Assembly (NCBI GenBank): GCA_963701095.1 | Contig: OY969564.1 | Coordinates: 2,016,001 to 2,080,000 of the forward strand | Direction of reading: 5' to 3' | Length of the DNA: 64,000 nucleotides | Source: an uncultured Methanoregulaceae archaeon | GTDB taxonomy: Archaea > Halobacteriota > Methanomicrobia > Methanomicrobiales > Methanospirillaceae | In this document: positions 21,380 through 32,739 of the stretch, in pieces | How the letters are laid out: every line of letters begins with the position of its first letter | Position numbering within the stretch: the stretch's first letter is position 1 | The notes under the pieces: generated by a model | Database searches by the model: none | Seen by the model: the letters and a program-made list of their open reading frames with translations, nothing else | What the model was told of the DNA's origin: nothing | Translations under genes and position numbers: made by a program

Positions 21380-22539
21380 TTTCGACCGGGATGTTTGGAA
21401 TCGACGATATGTTGGGTGGAGGGATTCCTGAAGGAAGCCGGGTCCTCTACAGCTTAGAGCCTGGTGTTGACGGGCAACTTTTCATGATCTCGACATTATT
21501 GGGAGCGCTTGAAAAAGGGCAATCCTGTCTTGTTATTATCCCCCATACGACTGTTGATGCTTTTCTGCACGATATCAACCAACTCCGGGGAAAAACCATA
21601 AAGCCAAAAGAAAACCGTCTGGTTTTTCTGGACAGCGTCGATAGAGAACGGATACAGCGCAGTACTGCCAGCAGAGAAGCTGCTGAAAGGGAATGGGAGG
21701 CGAGAATACATAAACTCTGCACCGACAACAAAGTCGAAGTAATTTTTGGCTATTTCGATATGATTTACGAGGATTTTGGTTTGGATAAAGGACTTTCACT
21801 GCTCTCTAAAGCCAGCTGCCCGCCCGGTTCCACAATTATTATCGAGCTCCTGAATTTCGAGCGGGATACGTTCCTTGAATCGCTTGCTGCCAGGAAATCC
21901 TTTGACCTTATCGTTGCGATTAAATCCTCATTCCGGCCTCTCCCGCATTTTAACTATTTCACCATTTTGTATACGTCATGGTCGACGAAGCTGCGTCGTT
22001 CAGTCCCCTTCCTTGTCAAAAACGGTCATATCGTCCCTTATATTCCAAAAATCGTCGTCACCGGGCCTCCTGAATCCGGGAAGTCACGTTTCGTGGCGAA
22101 CGCAACAGAACTTGGTATGTCAATTGACAGAACAGGTGTCAGCGGAGCGATGACTACTGTTGCTATGGACTTTGGCTGGCTTCACTGGCAGGATTTCGAC
22201 ATCACACTTTACGGTACTCCCGGGCAGCCCCGTTTCGATCCGATGTTACCGGTAATCCTGAATAATGCCATGGGGGTAGTCCTGCTCGTGGATGCCACAA
22301 ATCATGAACAGCTTGCAAGGGCGCGGTATCTCTATAAAATTATTACCCGGATGCATGTACCGATTATTATTGCGGCCAATAAAAAGGATTTACCCGGTGT
22401 GATGAGTGACGAGGAGATTAGAAAAGGTATCGGGATCGGAAAAACAATTCCGGTTTATATAATTTCTGCACACCAGAAAGAAGACGTGCGTTCAGTGCTT
22501 GAATCGCTGGTGGATTCAATTACCCAGTTCATCTATTGA
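21376..22539 (+). CDS. Degenerate RAD55/KaiC-like domain fused to an MglA-like small GTPase
   Basis: STGMFGIDDMLGGGIPEGS N-terminus; C-terminal GPPESGKS, TTVAMDFG, GTPGQPRF, NKKD and ISA. Confidence 0.8.
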   Translation: MISTGMFGIDDMLGGGIPEGSRVLYSLEPGVDGQLFMISTLLGALEKGQSCLVIIPHTTVDAFLHDINQLRGKTIKPKENRLVFLDSVDRERIQRSTASREAAEREWEARIHKLCTDNKVEVIFGYFDMIYEDFGLDKGLSLLSKASCPPGSTIIIELLNFERDTFLESLAARKSFDLIVAIKSSFRPLPHFNYFTILYTSWSTKLRRSVPFLVKNGHIVPYIPKIVVTGPPESGKSRFVANATELGMSIDRTGVSGAMTTVAMDFGWLHWQDFDITLYGTPGQPRFDPMLPVILNNAMGVVLLVDATNHEQLARARYLYKIITRMHVPIIIAANKKDLPGVMSDEEIRKGIGIGKTIPVYIISAHQKEDVRSVLESLVDSITQFIY

Positions 22540-22598
22540 TATATTCACAGAAAATCTACAGATTGTAATTTCGGGTTCCATTGTAATCCTGGAAAAGG

Positions 22599-23363
22599 AT
22601 GAAAACACCTATGCTCACCTTTATCGGTCTTGGTCTCTACGATAAACATGATGTTTCGGATAAGGGACTTTTTCTTATAAGGAATGCCGATCACGTCTTT
22701 CTCGAGAATTATACCTCCCGGCTTATGGGGACAACAAAAGAAGAGCTCGAAGCGTTCTACCAAAAACCACTCCTGCTGCTCAAGAGAGAGGATGTAGAGC
22801 AACACCCGGATTACCTGCTTGAATGTGCACTTCAGGGAAATACAGTTTTTCTCTGTGCCGGTGATCCCATGGTCTCGACAACTCACGCGGACCTCCGCAT
22901 TCGGGCGGCTGAACGTGGCATTCCAACCGCTATCATTCACGGTGCATCGATTGTGAGCGCGATTTGTGGGCTTTCAGGTCTCCAGAATTACCGGTTTGGG
23001 AAATCGTGCTCAGTGCCTTTTCCTCAGGGTCGATGGTCTCCGATATCGCCGTTGGAAGTAATTGAAGAAAACCGTCTGCGCAGATTGCATACCCTCGTAT
23101 ATCTCGATATCCAGGATGGGCGTTATATGTCCGTAAATGAAGGTATCTGTTTGCTTGAACGCATGGCAGAGAAAAAACAGGTCACTATACCGCTTTACGT
23201 CGGTATCGCAAGGGCCGGGTCTCCGGCTCCGGTTGTGCGGGCCGGGACCGCCACTGATCTTTGTTCTGTGGATTTTGGTCCGCCCCTTCATATTCTGATT
23301 GTCCCGGGAGATCTCCACGATATGGAGCAATTATACCTCGAGAGGTTTGCAGGCCTATGTTGA
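22599..23363 (+). CDS. dph5: Diphthine synthase
   Basis: [38 protein letters not shown] and DFGPPLH motifs. Confidence 0.95.
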   Translation: MKTPMLTFIGLGLYDKHDVSDKGLFLIRNADHVFLENYTSRLMGTTKEELEAFYQKPLLLLKREDVEQHPDYLLECALQGNTVFLCAGDPMVSTTHADLRIRAAERGIPTAIIHGASIVSAICGLSGLQNYRFGKSCSVPFPQGRWSPISPLEVIEENRLRRLHTLVYLDIQDGRYMSVNEGICLLERMAEKKQVTIPLYVGIARAGSPAPVVRAGTATDLCSVDFGPPLHILIVPGDLHDMEQLYLERFAGLC

Positions 23364-23938
23364 TCGTGGAATGTGGGAAACTCCTTTCCGGTGAACTTGA
23401 AGCACTTGGTACCGCACTACCCGAGGGTACACCCCTCTCTGAACTTGCTGGTATTGTAAAAGATATGGCAGATGCATACGCCGACGACGGAAAAACGTTC
23501 TTTTTAGGAGGTGACCGGGTGAATGCACTGGCTGCATTTTACTATGGATACGGCTGGCTGCATTTCGGTCTCGCGTACGGCCTTCTGTCCCTTCAAAGGA
23601 AAGGACAGGTTTCCTGTCCATTTTCCACGCCGGTAGAATTACTTTCCCCGGCTTTCTCTGGAAAGCTTGATGAGAAGACAAGGAGATATGCCCGCCTTCT
23701 CGAAACAGCATGCGCCTCGGTAGTTCCTGCACCTGAACCGGAAACGACCGCTGAAACCTTTTCCCAACGTGTTATCCTGATTGGCAGGTGCTATGCGCGG
23801 GGTGGTATGGGAAGTCTCACTGCAGGATCAGAGGAGGAAGCCCTTGCCCGGTTCAGCTATGGCCACGGGTGGCTTGATGCCGGGGTCAGAACAGGGCTTC
23901 TTGCACTTGTGGGCAACCGGGAAATTTTTACGATTTAA
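23357..23938 (+). CDS. DUF357 protein (two tandem domains)
   Basis: Two copies of ALA.F.YG.GWL(D/H); usual dph5 neighbour. Confidence 0.8.
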   Translation: MLIVECGKLLSGELEALGTALPEGTPLSELAGIVKDMADAYADDGKTFFLGGDRVNALAAFYYGYGWLHFGLAYGLLSLQRKGQVSCPFSTPVELLSPAFSGKLDEKTRRYARLLETACASVVPAPEPETTAETFSQRVILIGRCYARGGMGSLTAGSEEEALARFSYGHGWLDAGVRTGLLALVGNREIFTI

Positions 23939-24043
23939 AAAAGGCGGCATAATTACAGAATTTTCCCGGATAAAAAGAGTTTATACTATGCCTCATAACC
24001 TTTTTAGGTAAAATATTCTTTCCGCACCTGCAGGAGTTTAACA

Positions 24044-25060
24044 ATGGAGAAATCTCAGAAGAAATGGTTGTTTGTTTCCATCGGTTTCTCTCTAGCAGTA
24101 TTGATCATTATCCTGTTCCTGACCATTAACGTAAATACCCTTCAATATCTCAAAAATATCAATCCCTGGTTTCTACTGCTGGCATTCCTCACGCATATTC
24201 TGACAATGTGTTTCTGGGCAATGCGGGTTAAGAAGATGTCCGGATCGCTGGGTTATCCGATCAAATTTTTATATTCATTAAATCTGGTGTTCGCTAACCT
24301 TCTCGCTGCGGCAATCACTCCTGCCCAGGCAGGCGGAGAACCGGTCCGGGTACATGAGCTTTATAAAGCAAATGTCCCGCTTGGAGATGCAACGGCAATC
24401 GTTATCATGGAGCGGGTGCTGGATGGAATCGCCCTTGCAGGTCTTGCTGCAGTCGCAATGTTTGCTCTTTCTGAGGAATGGCAGAGTCTGGGGGCAATTT
24501 CGGCTGTTATGGTCTATGTTACGTGGTTTTTTGTGGCCGGCTGTCTCTTCCTGTTCTATCTCGCCATACGTCGTCCTGATGTAATGAAGAGGATCGCAGA
24601 CAGGATTGCACGGTTCTTTACCCGCAAATGGGAACCCATCAAAGTTCAAAAAACACTCGAACGTATTGATCTTGAAATTGCAAACTTCCATGCAGCAGTG
24701 TTGAGGTTTGTGCGGACAGCAAAGTCCGGGCTGATATGGGGGATGGTGTTCACCGTGCTCTACTGGGTTTCGGAGATTGTTACTGCATCCCTTATTCTTA
24801 TGGGTCTCGGGCAACCTCCACTCTTTTTTGAATCGTTTGTGATCCAGCTCATTCTTGCCATCTTAATGATGCTCCCCCTCACTCCAGGCAGCTCCGGAAT
24901 CGCAGAGGTCGGGGCTACCTCGATGTATGCCTTGTTCATTCCTGGTGCAATAGTCGGTGTATTCGTTGTTGTCTGGCGGGTTGTGCTGTATTACTTCAAT
25001 ATTGCCCTTGGCATTATCTCAAGTCTCATTATAGTGAGGCGTGAATCGGGAAACCTCTAA
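24044..25060 (+). CDS. Flippase-like / lysylphosphatidylglycerol synthase TM-domain protein
   Basis: Multi-TM protein with ITPAQAGGEP, ERVLD, TPGSSGIAE and WRVVLYY. Confidence 0.85.
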   Translation: MEKSQKKWLFVSIGFSLAVLIIILFLTINVNTLQYLKNINPWFLLLAFLTHILTMCFWAMRVKKMSGSLGYPIKFLYSLNLVFANLLAAAITPAQAGGEPVRVHELYKANVPLGDATAIVIMERVLDGIALAGLAAVAMFALSEEWQSLGAISAVMVYVTWFFVAGCLFLFYLAIRRPDVMKRIADRIARFFTRKWEPIKVQKTLERIDLEIANFHAAVLRFVRTAKSGLIWGMVFTVLYWVSEIVTASLILMGLGQPPLFFESFVIQLILAILMMLPLTPGSSGIAEVGATSMYALFIPGAIVGVFVVVWRVVLYYFNIALGIISSLIIVRRESGNL

Positions 25061-25129
25061 AGGGAACATACCTTCCGTGCACCGATCTCAACTCTTATGT
25101 AAGGGTAGAGTAATTTCTCTTCACCTATA

Positions 25130-25579
25130 ATGCTGCAGATAAAGTGCGCTGTCAAAGGAGTGTTTATTGCCGTAAATGAAGCGTCTGCGATACCTGCAGT
25201 TGTACTGACCGATGATCAGGGACGGATGCTGCCAATCTTTGTTGGCCTTTGGGAAGCTATCTCCATAAACAGCGCACAGAATAATGAGGTACCGCCACGT
25301 CCGCTAACCCACGATCTGTTTCTGGAGCTCATGGCACAGTATTCTATAACGGTATGTTCCATGAGCATCGATAGTATTGACGAGGGTATTTATTATGCTC
25401 ATCTGGTACTCTCGTCCAGTGGTCATGAGGATTGTCTTGACTGCAGGCCAAGCGATGGAATTGCAATTGCTCTACGTGCAAATGCGCCTATCTTTGCAGG
25501 TGAAGATATACTCGCCTCCGGAACAACTAATGTCAATGTCTCCGAAATGGTCGCGCTCTCAACGTTCCTTCGATCGTAA
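25130..25579 (+). CDS. Bifunctional nuclease family (DUF151) protein
   Basis: LPIFVGLWEA, PRPLTHDL and DCRPSDGIAIALR motifs. Confidence 0.9.
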   Translation: MLQIKCAVKGVFIAVNEASAIPAVVLTDDQGRMLPIFVGLWEAISINSAQNNEVPPRPLTHDLFLELMAQYSITVCSMSIDSIDEGIYYAHLVLSSSGHEDCLDCRPSDGIAIALRANAPIFAGEDILASGTTNVNVSEMVALSTFLRS

Positions 25580-25614
25580 GAAAGAACGATATGCGCAATG
25601 AAACGGTCGGATAA

Positions 25615-25929
25615 TTATTTTCGCCGGCGCTCAAGTTCGTGTATGACTTCTTTAAAATCAACATTTGCAGCCCGGAGCGCGACAAGGATATGGAAAAAAA
25701 GATCAGCTGCCTCTTCAGTTGTCCGTTCAGGTACTCCGTTTTTTATGGCTATAATAAACTCAGTGGCCTCCTCTCCAACTTTCTCGAGAACCTTGTCGAT
25801 TCCCTTTTTATCTCGAAGCAGTCGGCTTGTATATGAATTCTCGTCAGGATGTGCTGCACGCTCGCATATGACTTCCCAGAGCTCGCCGATCACCCGGGGA
25901 TCAGTTGTGGATTTACCCGTGTCCTTCAT
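25615..25929 (-). CDS. hisE: Phosphoribosyl-ATP pyrophosphatase
   Basis: SYTSRLL, KVGEEATE and EAADLFFH motifs. Confidence 0.93.
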   Translation of the reverse strand: MKDTGKSTTDPRVIGELWEVICERAAHPDENSYTSRLLRDKKGIDKVLEKVGEEATEFIIAIKNGVPERTTEEAADLFFHILVALRAANVDFKEVIHELERRRK

Positions 25930-26369
25930 GCTTCCTCCTGTGCGAGAAGAACCTCCCCGATTTCAAGGCCACAGAAACGCCGGCAAAGTATGCGCGCCTT
26001 CTCGATATTACACCCTGCTTTACCGATCGCAATGCCAAGATCACTTTTTTTCTTCACCAGCACATTGACAGGGCTGTCGTCAGCGCCGTGTTCGATATTG
26101 ATGACTGCTGCAGGTTTGAAAATGTTGGTTATAAAAATCTCCGGATCCTCGGCGTACTCAACCATTTCGATGCGTCGACCAAGCACGTTCTGGAGGCGCT
26201 TGATATTATCGCCCTTTTTCCCAATCGCGAGCCCCATGTCTCCTTGCCGGATAACATAGATTACCCGGTCGAACCTGTCATCTATTACACAATCCAGAGC
26301 CGTTGCACGGGTAAGAATCCGCAGTTCCTCTATGTACCTTCGCTCTTTAAAGCCAATATTGCGTTCCAT
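25926..26369 (-). CDS. nusA: Archaeal NusA-like KH-domain protein
   Basis: Two KH motifs, AIGKKGDNI and AIGKAGCNI. Confidence 0.88.
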   Translation of the reverse strand: MERNIGFKERRYIEELRILTRATALDCVIDDRFDRVIYVIRQGDMGLAIGKKGDNIKRLQNVLGRRIEMVEYAEDPEIFITNIFKPAAVINIEHGADDSPVNVLVKKKSDLGIAIGKAGCNIEKARILCRRFCGLEIGEVLLAQEEA

Positions 26370-26528
26370 TTTAAAATCATCCTATTGTATCCGTAATTTT
26401 TCCGGTATTCGATACTTGGATATAGGTAGGTCCGGTAAGCCGGATTTGTGTTTGCTGGATTAAGAAGATATCAGACATTGCTAATGTAAAAAAGTTTTGA
26501 CATAAATTAAAGGGAATCTGATGGGGTA

Positions 26529-27275
26529 TCAGCTGATTATATAGGTTACCGACACCTGAGCTGTCACCGTTACATCCCCGGATTGGATCGGCGTTGGGGC
26601 AGTAGCCATTTTTCCCGAAGCTGCGGCTGCAGTGTCGTAACTACCATACACCACCGGCGTATACCCCTGGCTGACGTCTGCAGACTGTGTCCCGGTTATA
26701 GTTGCATTGAGTGCTGAGGCAACTGTATCTGCGTCAGCTCTTGCGTTCGCAATCGCCTGGGTCAAAGCCTGGCTTCTCAGCACCTGAGTCTGCTGGTCAG
26801 AGAGCATAAACTGGATGGAGTTTACCTGGTTTACTCCAGCGCCAACTGCCGCGTCGATAATCTGGCCGGTCTCGTTGGTGTCGTTGAGCGTAACCAGAAG
26901 GGTGTTTGTCACCTGATAACTTTTAATTGTCCCTGAGAGAATGCCGTTACTGTCCTGCTGGTAGACCGGGGTTATGGTGTATCCGGTCGTTTTCATCTGG
27001 TTACCAGGAACACCGGCAGCACCCAAAGTCATAACGATATTATTCATTGCCTGTGAATTGTCCGACTGGGCGATGTTGACATCTGCATTTTCAGACTCTA
27101 CTGCCAGGTTTATCTGAACGCGGTCCGGGGTCCCCGTAACCGTGCCAGTGCCGGTGACTTGAAGGGTATGATCAGTATTTACATCCGAAGCTGACACGCA
27201 GCCGATAAGTGCCATGGCAAGAACGACCATGGCCAAGGTAAGCACTGCTGTTTTGCTCATACTATTACCGGGCAA
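26529..27275 (-). CDS. Secreted SIMPL (DUF541) domain protein
   Basis: Signal peptide, VTGTGTV..PD, AGVNQVNSIQF, AIANARADA and V.A.VSVTY. Confidence 0.88.
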   Translation of the reverse strand: MPGNSMSKTAVLTLAMVVLAMALIGCVSASDVNTDHTLQVTGTGTVTGTPDRVQINLAVESENADVNIAQSDNSQAMNNIVMTLGAAGVPGNQMKTTGYTITPVYQQDSNGILSGTIKSYQVTNTLLVTLNDTNETGQIIDAAVGAGVNQVNSIQFMLSDQQTQVLRSQALTQAIANARADADTVASALNATITGTQSADVSQGYTPVVYGSYDTAAAASGKMATAPTPIQSGDVTVTAQVSVTYIIS

Positions 27276-27417
27276 TCATTAGAGATCAGGGAGATTAAAG
27301 ATTGCCTTGACTAAGAAAAAATTTGAAGTCACATGTTTTTGCCCGGACAACCCTACAGGAATTTGCAAAGCCCCAAAGTACAAGTGCTGACAATACACAT
27401 TGTACAGACGATAGAGC

Positions 27418-28668
27418 ATGGGATCAACAATCGTCGAGAAAATATTCTCATGGAAATGTGGTAGCGATATCAGTGCAGGCGAAGTGGTCATGACACCTCT
27501 TGACGGGGCAATGATCCACGATATTACCGGCCCGCTCGCCATTCAGAAGTTCCATGAGATGGGGGGGAACATGTCTTTGATCCGAAACGTGTCATCATGC
27601 TCTTTGACCACCAGATACCTGCAGATTCGCTGGATGCGGCAAAAAACCATGTATTTATGCGTAAATTTGCCAAAGAACAGGGAATTCACAACTACGATAT
27701 CAATGAAGGGGTCTGCCACCAGGTAGTCCTGGAAAAGGGACTGGCTGCACCGGGGGAGATCGTTGTAGGTGCCGATTCCCATACCTGCATGTACGGCGCC
27801 GTTGGAGCATTTGCTACTGGCATAGGCTCAACTGATATGGGATTTGCCCTGAAGTTTGGTGCTCTCTACTTCAAAGTACCGGAGACTATTCAGGCAAAGG
27901 TTTCGGGAAAATTTCCAAAACGAGTCGGGGCAAAGGATTTGATTCTTGCTATTGCAGCCGATATTGGGGCCGACGGGGCGACATACAAAGCGATCGAATT
28001 TACCGGCAAAACCATAACAAAAATGGACATGGCAGGACGGATGACCTGCTGTAATATGGCCATCGAAATGGGTGCAAAAGCCGGGATCGTCCCACCAGAT
28101 AAGATCACATGGGATTATATGAAAGGTCGCAGGAAGATGAAACCCTTTGATCTAGAAAGTGATGATGACGCGACGTTTGCGGAGAAGCGGGAATACGAGG
28201 TCTCGGATCTTGAGCCACAGGTTGCGGTTCCCCATAATGTTGATCAGGGTGTGCCTGTAAGCAAGGTCCAAGGGACGCACATTGATCAGGTTTTCATCGG
28301 CTCCTGCACGAACGGACGGTACGAAGATCTTGCCGAAGCTTCGAAGGTACTCTGGCAAAAAGAAGTTTGATCCGAATACGCGTGTGCTCATAATTCCAGC
28401 TTCACGGGAAGAATATCTCAAAGCATTGGAACATGGACTTATCGAACGATTCGTAAAGGCCGGTGCTCTTGTCGAAGCCCCGTGCTGCGGGCCCTGTATG
28501 GGGGGATCATTTGGTCTTCTCGCACCCGGGGAGATCTGCCTCTCAACGTCAAACCGGAATTTCAGGGGGCGTCAGGGAAGTACTGAGGCTGCAGTCTATC
28601 TCTCATCAGCGGCAACGGCGGCTGCAAGCGCGATAAAAGGTGAGATTACCGATCCCCGCGAGGTGTGA
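27418..28668 (+). CDS. 3-isopropylmalate dehydratase/homoaconitase large subunit (apparent frameshifts near 27565 and 28355)
   Basis: [32 protein letters not shown] and [10 protein letters not shown] spread over three frames. Confidence 0.92.
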
Positions 28669-29168
28669 CAATGAGAACATGGAAATTCGGTGATAATATC
28701 GACACTGATGCGATTATACCTGGACGTTTCCTGACAATATATGATCCAAAGGAACTGTCAAAACATGCCTTTGAAGGTACTCGTGACGAGTTTGCAGGAG
28801 AAGTCAGGGAAGGGGACGTTGTTGTCGCCGGAAAAAATTTCGGATGCGGCTCTTCACGCGAACATGCACCATTGGCGCTTCTTGGCGGAGGCGTGCACAT
28901 TGTTATGGCGCAATCTTTTGCCCGCATTTTCTTTCGGAATGCCGTTAATGTCGGGGTGCTCCCGGTAGTGTGCCATGAGGCGGATAAGATCGCCGATGGT
29001 GTAAAGATAAAAATCGATCTCAAAAGGGGATACGCTGAAGTAGAAAACCGAAAACTTGCTATAGAGCCAGTTCCGCCATTCATGCAGGGGATCATCGATG
29101 CTGGCGGTTTGGTAGACTATGCAAAGAGCTTAAAGGAGGCTCCGGTATGTACAAAGTTGCAGCGATAG
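28665..29168 (+). CDS. 3-isopropylmalate dehydratase/homoaconitase small subunit
   Basis: [22 protein letters not shown] and FARIFFRNA motifs. Confidence 0.93.
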   Translation: MTMRTWKFGDNIDTDAIIPGRFLTIYDPKELSKHAFEGTRDEFAGEVREGDVVVAGKNFGCGSSREHAPLALLGGGVHIVMAQSFARIFFRNAVNVGVLPVVCHEADKIADGVKIKIDLKRGYAEVENRKLAIEPVPPFMQGIIDAGGLVDYAKSLKEAPVCTKLQR

Positions 29169-30263
29169 GAGGAGATGGAATAGGGCCAGAAATCATAGCT
29201 GAAGGAAAGAAAGTACTCAGAAGCCGCCGGCGAGCGGTTCAACTTTGAGATTTCCTGGACAGATTTTGATATCGGCGCTGAACGGTACCTTGCTACAAAG
29301 GATCTATTAACAGACGAGGACCTTGCAGAACTCAGGAAATTTAAGGCTATTTATTTTGGCTCTATTGGCGATCCCCGTGTCCAGCCGGGGGTTCTCGAAA
29401 AAGGAATTTTGCTTGCGATCCGGTTCTCTTTTGACCAATACGTAAACCTGAGACCTATCAAATTGCTCGAAGGTGTTGAAACACCACTGGCCAACAAGAC
29501 GCCAAAAGACATCGACTTTGTCGTCGTGAGGGAAAATACAGAGGATTTTTACGTTGGGATCGGTTCGCGCTTCAAAAAACACCAGAAAACCGAGCTGGAA
29601 GTTATTCGTGATCTTTATAGCGTTAAGTTTGGCCTTGATATCGAAAGTGATGCCGAAGAAATCGCCTATCAGATTGGGGTGATAACCCGGGAAGGTGCCC
29701 GGCGGGTTCAGATCTATGCCTTTGATCTTGCAGAGAAAAGAAGGAAAAAACTTACCTCTGTTGACAAGGCAAATGTTCTCTCCGATGTATACGGACTTTG
29801 GCGTGATGTGTTTAGTGAAACGGCTAAGAAATATCCCGGTGTCTCAACGGAGTTCAGCTTCGTGGATGCCATTACAATGTGGTTTGTGAAAAACCCTGAG
29901 TGGTTCGATGTGGTTGTCACTCCCAATATGTTCGGCGATATCATTACCGATCTTGGGGCAATGATCCAAGGTGGACTCGGACTAACTCCGGGCGGCAATA
30001 TCAATCCTAAAGGGACATCGATGTTCGAGCCGATCCATGGATCGGCGCCAAAATACAAGGGTATGGATGTGGCAAATCCGATTGCAACCATTTGGGCCGG
30101 TTCACTTCTCCTAGACCACCTGGGCGAACACGAAGCTGCTGCGGCCGTAGTTTCTGCCATAGAAAAAAGCATAAAGGACGGTGTAGTTACAAAAGATCTT
30201 GGCGGGACTGCTGGAACTGCACGTGCAGGGAGCTATATCTCTGAATGTGTGCGCAGAGAGTAA
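29147..30263 (+). CDS. Isopropylmalate/isocitrate-family dehydrogenase (apparent frameshift near 29220)
   Basis: ATG 29147 gives [16 protein letters not shown]; then [25 protein letters not shown] and FEPIHGSAP. Confidence 0.92.
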
Positions 30264-30291
30264 TCCCCATTTCAGCTGTTTTTAATGCCGT

Positions 30292-30990
30292 ATGGAACTC
30301 CATCCTGATCGAAAAAATAATACCGGGATCACCGTTGATACCCTTATCAGAGAGATTAACAGGCAGGGGAAAACCCCAATCTGCGTTGGAATCGATCTCA
30401 CCGGGTCGGAACGACGGGCATCCGGAATGTGCATATTAAATGGACGGAGTGCCAGTCTTTTCCTTGCCCATAGTGATGATGAGATTCTCAGGATAATTGA
30501 TACAGCAGGCGCAGGCTTGGTCTCTATTGATTCGTCGCTTGGACTCCCCGCTGGGAGATGTTGTGTTGAGGATTCCTGCGAATGCAGAAAGTATGGGATT
30601 ATGCGGGAATGCGAACGTATTCTCAGAAAACGGGGCATTAGAATATACCCAACCCTGATAAAAAGCATGCAGCAACTGACAATGCGGGGAATGCGGCTTG
30701 CTGGGATCATCAGGGATCAGGGATACGAAATTATTGAAAGTTATCCGGGTGGGACACAGGACATCCTGAACATCCCCCGGAAAAAAACTGAACCATTCCG
30801 TCTTAAGTCAGGACTCTCGGATATAGGATTTACCATTTATGCTGAACATGAAAGGATTACTCACGATGAGCTCGATGCTCTTACCTCTGCCTTGGTCGGG
30901 TATTTTTATCTTTCAGGCTGGTACGAGGCTGTGGGAAACCCTTCTGAAGGATTCCTGATTCTTCCAGATCTATCCTCTGTCGATAGATGA
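30292..30990 (+). CDS. DUF429 (RNase H-like fold) protein
   Basis: VGIDLTG, SIDS, IIESYPG and HDELDA motifs. Confidence 0.8.
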   Translation: MELHPDRKNNTGITVDTLIREINRQGKTPICVGIDLTGSERRASGMCILNGRSASLFLAHSDDEILRIIDTAGAGLVSIDSSLGLPAGRCCVEDSCECRKYGIMRECERILRKRGIRIYPTLIKSMQQLTMRGMRLAGIIRDQGYEIIESYPGGTQDILNIPRKKTEPFRLKSGLSDIGFTIYAEHERITHDELDALTSALVGYFYLSGWYEAVGNPSEGFLILPDLSSVDR

Positions 30991-31086
30991 AAAGGAAGTT
31001 TGGTAGAACTCAGAGCTCTGGTGGATGTCTAAAATTCGAATAAAAACTATGTTAAGAAGTGCAAAATAAAAAGAAAATTACAGCGT

Positions 31087-32091
31087 CTATTTTAGTACAT
31101 CCGGTATATCAAGGGAAATATCCCCGTCATCTTCCGTTTTTTTGGGGAAAAACAGGGATTTAAGGGTAGAAAACGGTCCTTGCCCCTCATTTACCGTTTG
31201 ATCACCCCTCCTTTTTTTCATACCCGCATAATTTTTCAGGAGAATTTCAGCCTCTATAAGACCTGCTTCGACTTTTTTCTTTTCCGTGACATCTATGATG
31301 TAACCGGCAATTGCGACTGTGTTTTTATTCTTTATTATGGGAATTTCGTTAACTTCCACCCAGACCTTAGTATCACTACGACCCTTAAACTCCAGTCGGT
31401 AAGGAGGTTCTCTCCTGCCGGAAGAGATAGCTTTGAGGGTCCTTTCCAGTCCTTTCGCATTAATCGGATTGTCGGTCAGATAATCGGTCCAAAGTCGTTT
31501 ACCTGACAATGGAACCTTCCCGAGAAGCACCCGTAACCGGGGACTTACATAATTCAGGGCGTGATCGGTGCCGTGAGTAAAATACATCTCTTTTCCGCTT
31601 TCGAGAAGTAGCATCAGTTCAGCGTCCCGCTTCATGAGGGCGTGGTGCTCTCTTTTGAGTCGCGTGATATCCCGCCCAGTAGCAATTATTGAGTTTACCT
31701 TACCGTCACCGTCGGTGACCGATCGTGCTGACCAGCTAATACAAAGTGAACCCTGCGGTGATGAAATCCATTGTTCAACCTGACAGGTATGGGGGGGTCT
31801 GAAGAGCTTGGTCATCTGGGTTGCCATTACTTCAGAATACCGCTGATCGGTAGCTGGCATAAAAATACTCCCGGTCAATTCCTCCTTAGTTTTTCCCACG
31901 ATATGGCAATACGCCGGATTGACAAACAGAAGGCGTCCCTCAGGACTGAACTTTACCAGCATATCCTGTTGGTGTTCCACGAGTTCTTTGTATGGGGAAT
32001 CATCGCAGGTATCCATTTTTAAAGCTCCAATAGTGTGAGAGGACAGCTCTGATGTTACTTCACTATGCTTAGTACACGTTTCCTTTTTCAA
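31087..32091 (-). CDS. Tandem PAS-domain protein without an output domain
   Basis: FVNPAY...GRDIT and YVSP...IDVTEKK PAS/PAC patterns. Confidence 0.8.
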   Translation of the reverse strand: MKKETCTKHSEVTSELSSHTIGALKMDTCDDSPYKELVEHQQDMLVKFSPEGRLLFVNPAYCHIVGKTKEELTGSIFMPATDQRYSEVMATQMTKLFRPPHTCQVEQWISSPQGSLCISWSARSVTDGDGKVNSIIATGRDITRLKREHHALMKRDAELMLLLESGKEMYFTHGTDHALNYVSPRLRVLLGKVPLSGKRLWTDYLTDNPINAKGLERTLKAISSGRREPPYRLEFKGRSDTKVWVEVNEIPIIKNKNTVAIAGYIIDVTEKKKVEAGLIEAEILLKNYAGMKKRRGDQTVNEGQGPFSTLKSLFFPKKTEDDGDISLDIPDVLK

Positions 32092-32178
32092 CTATTAATG
32101 TTGCACATAATTAGTGCCAATCCCTCCAAATCACGAGAGGAATTTTAAATATAAAAAGGAAAAAAGGGAGAAGATGGT

Positions 32179-32628
32179 TTAAACCAGTGCACTGATTTGC
32201 TGCTGGCTGGTGATTCTGCGTTCTTTCCAGACAGCTGACGCCGGTTGTTCGGGGATTCGTGCGATAGTGGCATGACGCTCCCGGCCATAAATTGCTGATC
32301 TGAGAGCCAAGAGCGAAACCGTGAAGTTTCCTGCTTCAAAGAGTTCGATATTGAGGGCTTTACCGGATCCCGAAACCTGTGCAAGACCGCAAATCGTACC
32401 AAGGTAGTAATTCCATTCGTGCGCAAGTATCTCGACCTGGACGACAACTTGCCTCCCGGAGATCCCCCGTGACAAATCCCCCAGTCGGATTGCATATCTG
32501 GCTCCCATGACATGCAATTCCACGACCTCGTGGAGTCTGCCTTCACTATCGATCGCCCTGCATCCTGTCCGCTGGATATAACCCGCTTTCTGCATCATAC
32601 ACGACCACCTTCTGTCGTAATAATGCAT
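32179..32628 (-). CDS. Hypothetical protein
   Basis: 149-aa ORF filling the gap between genes; no motif recognised. Confidence 0.5.
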   Translation of the reverse strand: MHYYDRRWSCMMQKAGYIQRTGCRAIDSEGRLHEVVELHVMGARYAIRLGDLSRGISGRQVVVQVEILAHEWNYYLGTICGLAQVSGSGKALNIELFEAGNFTVSLLALRSAIYGRERHATIARIPEQPASAVWKERRITSQQQISALV

Positions 32629-32739
32629 ATTTTCAAATCACTATATAATCCGGGGCCGTGTGCAGGGTGAAAGTGAAAAGAAAGGTGGTTCGATGATTAT
32701 GGCAAACCTTTCTCTCGATAGAATATCTACTTCGGACAC

